Position numbers and translations under genes: made by a program | Part shown: positions 25,905 through 29,477 of the stretch, piece by piece | How positions within the stretch are numbered: the first letter of the stretch is position 1 | Layout of the letters: every line of letters begins with the position of its first letter | From: Candidatus Methanomethylophilaceae archaeon | Lineage (GTDB): Archaea > Thermoplasmatota > Thermoplasmata > Methanomassiliicoccales > Methanomethylophilaceae | DNA: 29,477 nucleotides | Assembly (NCBI GenBank): GCA_050944155.1 | Contig: JBMNQN010000011.1 | Span: 1 to 29,477 of the forward strand | Reading direction: 5' to 3' | The notes under the pieces: generated by a model | Told to the model about the DNA's origin: nothing | The model's input: the letters and a program-made list of their open reading frames with translations, nothing else | Database searches by the model: none

Positions 25905-28900
25905 ATGCGTTATTTCGGAAAAGAAAAGGCTTCCCCCGAAACGGGGAGGAAAACCCGCGCCAAACATAAAGACGGCGGGGAATCCTGGATAAAAACACAC
26001 TGGGTGGCCGTATCGCTCTTTCTGATAACGGTTTTCGCCGTTGCGATAAGGACCGTATTCTCGTACGGACTTTCCGCGGGCAGCAATTTTGCGCTCTCGG
26101 GAAGCGGCTCTGCCGACCACCAGCACACAATCGAAAGAATCCTCAACGGTACATTCGGGCTTTCCGACCCAACGCAGAATTACCCGTACGGAGGAAAAGT
26201 ATCTCCGGTCCTTATCGACGTCATACTTGCGGCGTTCGCATGGATTGCGACATCCGCCGGTGTTTCGGTCTCTACCGCCGCGGCGGGAGTCCTCGCATTC
26301 TCGGCACCGATAGCGGCAGGCATAACGTGTATTCTGCTCTTCTATCTTGGAAGGGAGATGTTCGACGAGCAGATCGGAGTGGTGTCCGCTCTGTTCTATG
26401 CGTTTTTCGCCCTCCCCATCTCTTCGACCGTATTTTCCAACGGGTCGACGCTGGGAATCGTTGTCATGTTCTTCGTTCTGGCCACGTACTTTATGGTCAA
26501 GACCATGAAAGCGATTGACCGCACGTCTCCCGGAATAAAGTCGATCAAAGAAAAGCAGGTGCTTGTTTACACGGTGCTTTCCGGTTTAACCATCGGAATC
26601 ATCGCTCTTTCCTGGGACGGATTCGGAGCGGTAATCATTCTCGTAGCGGTCATGATGGTTGCTCAGGCGGTATTCGCACGCATGAAGAAAAGGGAATTCG
26701 GTGCGGCTTTCGCATCGTATTCGCTGATGCTCCTGATAGGATTGGGAATTTCCGTTCCCTTCTATGTGATGACCGATACGTTCTTCCTGGTTTTCACCGG
26801 ACCCCTGGGAATCGCCGTCACGGCAATCGTCTGTATGGCGGTTTTCTATGCGCTGAGAACCAAACCCAAGAAAATTTCGTTCCTTGCCACTCTTGCGGTT
26901 TTCGCCGCGATAATGATTGCGGTGTACTTTGCGGCTCCGTGGCTTTACTCCGACATGGTTAACGGAAACAGAATCTTCGATTCCTTCGTTATCGCTTCCC
27001 TGATGGGTTCCGGAAACATCTCCATATCCTACATGGCGGCGTTCTACGGATGGGCCACGGTTTGGATGCCCATCCCGATTTTCGTTTACATGCTTTACAG
27101 ACACGGCAAGAAAGACTATTCCGAAGCCGGTCTTATGATTCCTCTGTGGATTTTGGGCATGTTCGTTATCAGTTGGCTTTCGTTCAACAATGCCGTAATA
27201 GCAGGCCCGGCGTATGCCGTGGCGGCGTCCGCATGCATCGTTAAGCTGATACGCGGAGTGGATATGAAGGGATACTTCGCGTCCATCCGCGGAGGAGGCT
27301 TCAAAGCCAGCGTAAAGAAGTTCCTGAAACCGGAACCCTTCCTTTCGCTGGTCTGCGTGGTTCTTCTGGTGATAGCTCCCAACGCGTTCCTTGCCGCAGA
27401 CGCTTCTACCGCGTCCAACGACGAACAGTCTTCCAGATTCTTCGGAGGAATGAGCTATACGATCAGAACCGAAGAGGTCAGCCCGATGGGCATGATTTGG
27501 GACAGTGCTCTCAACGAGCCCAAGTCCGGCGCCGTGGTTACGTGGTTCACAGATTCCTCGGCCGCCAACGACAGAGGCGGATTCGTTTCGGTTACCAGCA
27601 GTAACGGCGAAGGCGCCGCGGCGGCTTCCCACATCCTTCTGGCAGAAGGTTCATCCGGTGCGCTGGCGGCCATGGCCGTACGTCTCATCCTCGCGGACGG
27701 CACCGAAAAGTATTCGGTTGCGATAACCGACGCCGGACTTACGGAACTTTCCGACTTCATCAACGACGCCGACAAGTGCAGAGAGCGCATTAAGAAAGAC
27801 CCCGCGTCCTTCATGGGTGTCAAAGCCGACGTCTCCGACGAAAACGCCGTTTATCTCGCGTCCGTGGATTACATAACCAAGAATCTCGACGATGCCGGAA
27901 TATCCGCATTCTACAACGACGTGCGCGGAATACGCGGCGACGGAGGCATCGCATACGTGGCGGTAAACGCCGGAATGATTCCGCTCGCCTACAACGACGG
28001 CTCTTCCTTCTCGATGATGGCCGAAATCAACGATTACGTCCTCGACGCAAACGGTGCCGCAAGCGCGTTCTACACCTACGGATATTACGGCATTCAGTAC
28101 AAACCGGCGATGTACGAAACCTTCCTGTGGAGAAGTCTGTTCGGAATAGGTCCCGAAGCGGGAATTTATCTGCCGTACGATCTCGCCTACGGAAAAGTCG
28201 GCGCGGCCGCTCAGCCCGGACTCGGACTCGGAGGATTCGAAATCGTCGACTGGAGAGTCAAATACAGCCCGAACGAAGAATCTTCTCTTACCCAGGGCGA
28301 CTGGACATACATGAACGGATACGAAGCCATAGCCAAACAGAAAGCCGAAGGCGGTCTGATCAACTACTTCTCGTCGGTCATGCTTCTCAAGGTTTCCGAA
28401 TCCGGAACGCATACCGATAAAACCGGAACCATAATTTACGGGGCTTCAGATTCGAAATTCGAGGGAGCCAAGGTCGCGGTCTTCGAGAAAGATGCGAACG
28501 GGGAATACGTACAGCGCTCCACGACCTTCGCCGACGCGAACGGGAAATACAGAGTAAGCGTCCCGACCTCGGGCGATTACGAAATCAGAGTTTACACCGG
28601 AACCGACAGAATCGCCGGCGGAACCTATGCCGGAAACGTCGGCGCGGACGGAAATCTGAGCATCGACTCCGCTACTCTCGAGGGCGAAATCGTCGGAGCG
28701 TCCGAAGTTACAGAAGTTACCATAAAAGGACAGTACTCCGGAATCGAAGAGAATGTCGATTCCGATGATTCCGGTAAGTTTACTTTGACGGACCTTCCGC
28801 CCGATGTTTACACGGTTTACACCGGAACGGTTTCCAATAAGATTGCCGAAGCCAAAATCACGGCATATCCCGGAGTCAACAGCGGAATCAGACTTACTCC

Positions 28901-29477
28901 CGACGAGGGTACCGTTAAAGCGTCGGTTTACGACATGTACGGTGTTCCTCTTGTGAAAGAGGTAACGGTGCTCAGCCAGGACAACGGTCTTGAGTATAAA
29001 GCTACCAGTTCCTCCGACGGAACCGTTGACATAAAGGTTCCCGCCAGGAAAGACGCCGTTTCGTACACCGGAAAGTATTCCGTCTTCGTAGACGGAGAAT
29101 TTTCGTCCGCCGCCGCGGTTACGGTTTCCAAAGGTTCTTCCGCCAGCGCCAAAATAACCGTCTTCGATTCCGTGCCGACGGCTCTGTCCGGTACGGTTAC
29201 CGTAATGGCGCCGGGCTACTATTCCGTGATGGATTCCGCATCTGCGGTACCCGACGGAGGCAACGCGACGTTTACCATAACCGACGGAACCAGATATACG
29301 CTGAAGAAGGCAGGAACTCCGGAAACCGCGCCCGCGGTCATGGATTCCGAATTCAAACTTACTGGAGCCGAAAACGCATCCGGTGCGGTTATGACCGGAA
29401 CCGTTACGTTCTACGGAGATAACGGATCCACGTTCTCGTTTGCCGTTACCGGCGGAGAGGCATCCGGAAAGCTTCCC
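25905..29477 (+). CDS. Large AglB/STT3-like multi-pass membrane protein with carboxypeptidase-regulatory-like (Ig-type) domains; partial, 1191 codons or more
   Basis: No stop in this frame, hence absent from the track. AIR..FALSG..DPTQNYPYG, YLGREMFD..GVVSALF, ALSWDGF, roughly 13 hydrophobic segments, GAVVTW, then GAKVAVF..TFADANGKYRVSVP and SDDSGKFTLTDLPPDVYTV. Start 25905 (GGAG upstream) or 25890; TTATAA at 25852. Confidence 0.85.
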   Translation, partial: MRYFGKEKASPETGRKTRAKHKDGGESWIKTHWVAVSLFLITVFAVAIRTVFSYGLSAGSNFALSGSGSADHQHTIERILNGTFGLSDPTQNYPYGGKVSPVLIDVILAAFAWIATSAGVSVSTAAAGVLAFSAPIAAGITCILLFYLGREMFDEQIGVVSALFYAFFALPISSTVFSNGSTLGIVVMFFVLATYFMVKTMKAIDRTSPGIKSIKEKQVLVYTVLSGLTIGIIALSWDGFGAVIILVAVMMVAQAVFARMKKREFGAAFASYSLMLLIGLGISVPFYVMTDTFFLVFTGPLGIAVTAIVCMAVFYALRTKPKKISFLATLAVFAAIMIAVYFAAPWLYSDMVNGNRIFDSFVIASLMGSGNISISYMAAFYGWATVWMPIPIFVYMLYRHGKKDYSEAGLMIPLWILGMFVISWLSFNNAVIAGPAYAVAASACIVKLIRGVDMKGYFASIRGGGFKASVKKFLKPEPFLSLVCVVLLVIAPNAFLAADASTASNDEQSSRFFGGMSYTIRTEEVSPMGMIWDSALNEPKSGAVVTWFTDSSAANDRGGFVSVTSSNGEGAAAASHILLAEGSSGALAAMAVRLILADGTEKYSVAITDAGLTELSDFINDADKCRERIKKDPASFMGVKADVSDENAVYLASVDYITKNLDDAGISAFYNDVRGIRGDGGIAYVAVNAGMIPLAYNDGSSFSMMAEINDYVLDANGAASAFYTYGYYGIQYKPAMYETFLWRSLFGIGPEAGIYLPYDLAYGKVGAAAQPGLGLGGFEIVDWRVKYSPNEESSLTQGDWTYMNGYEAIAKQKAEGGLINYFSSVMLLKVSESGTHTDKTGTIIYGASDSKFEGAKVAVFEKDANGEYVQRSTTFADANGKYRVSVPTSGDYEIRVYTGTDRIAGGTYAGNVGADGNLSIDSATLEGEIVGASEVTEVTIKGQYSGIEENVDSDDSGKFTLTDLPPDVYTVYTGTVSNKIAEAKITAYPGVNSGIRLTPDEGTVKASVYDMYGVPLVKEVTVLSQDNGLEYKATSSSDGTVDIKVPARKDAVSYTGKYSVFVDGEFSSAAAVTVSKGSSASAKITVFDSVPTALSGTVTVMAPGYYSVMDSASAVPDGGNATFTITDGTRYTLKKAGTPETAPAVMDSEFKLTGAENASGAVMTGTVTFYGDNGSTFSFAVTGGEASGKLP

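Noticed and set aside
26089-29152. Short track ORFs in the last 3.5 kb
   Set aside because: All lie out of frame or antisense within the single long AglB-like frame.

Overview
Core-genome window of an archaeon, most likely Methanomassiliicoccales (Thermoplasmatota). The assignment is inferred from the unsplit RpoB, RpoA'' with an N-terminal extension, HdrD-like protein with no adjacent hdrE, Trm56 next to an HD domain, and absence of TAG stops. Contents: Lhr helicase, HdrD-like Fe-S protein, three tRNAs (Ile2-CAU, Asn-GUU, Lys-UUU), four HTH regulators, trm56 plus an HD protein, two PRC-barrel proteins, trxA/trxB, elp3, cdc48, the rpoH-B-A'-A''-rpl30e-nusA operon, a radical SAM gene, pyrF, and the 5' part of a very large AglB/STT3-like membrane protein missing from the ORF track. 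No mobile element or CRISPR array was seen. The most unusual observations are: the AglB-like protein appears to have lost all checked catalytic motifs; HdrD is fused to a degenerate Vsr/DUF559-like domain directly upstream of lhr; Trm56 and the HD protein are one base away from a fusion; an 80-aa protein ends in a proteasome-type HbYX tail; TrxR lacks the NADPH motifs; and two regulators may use ATC/CTG starts. All family calls come from motif recognition by eye, not database searches.
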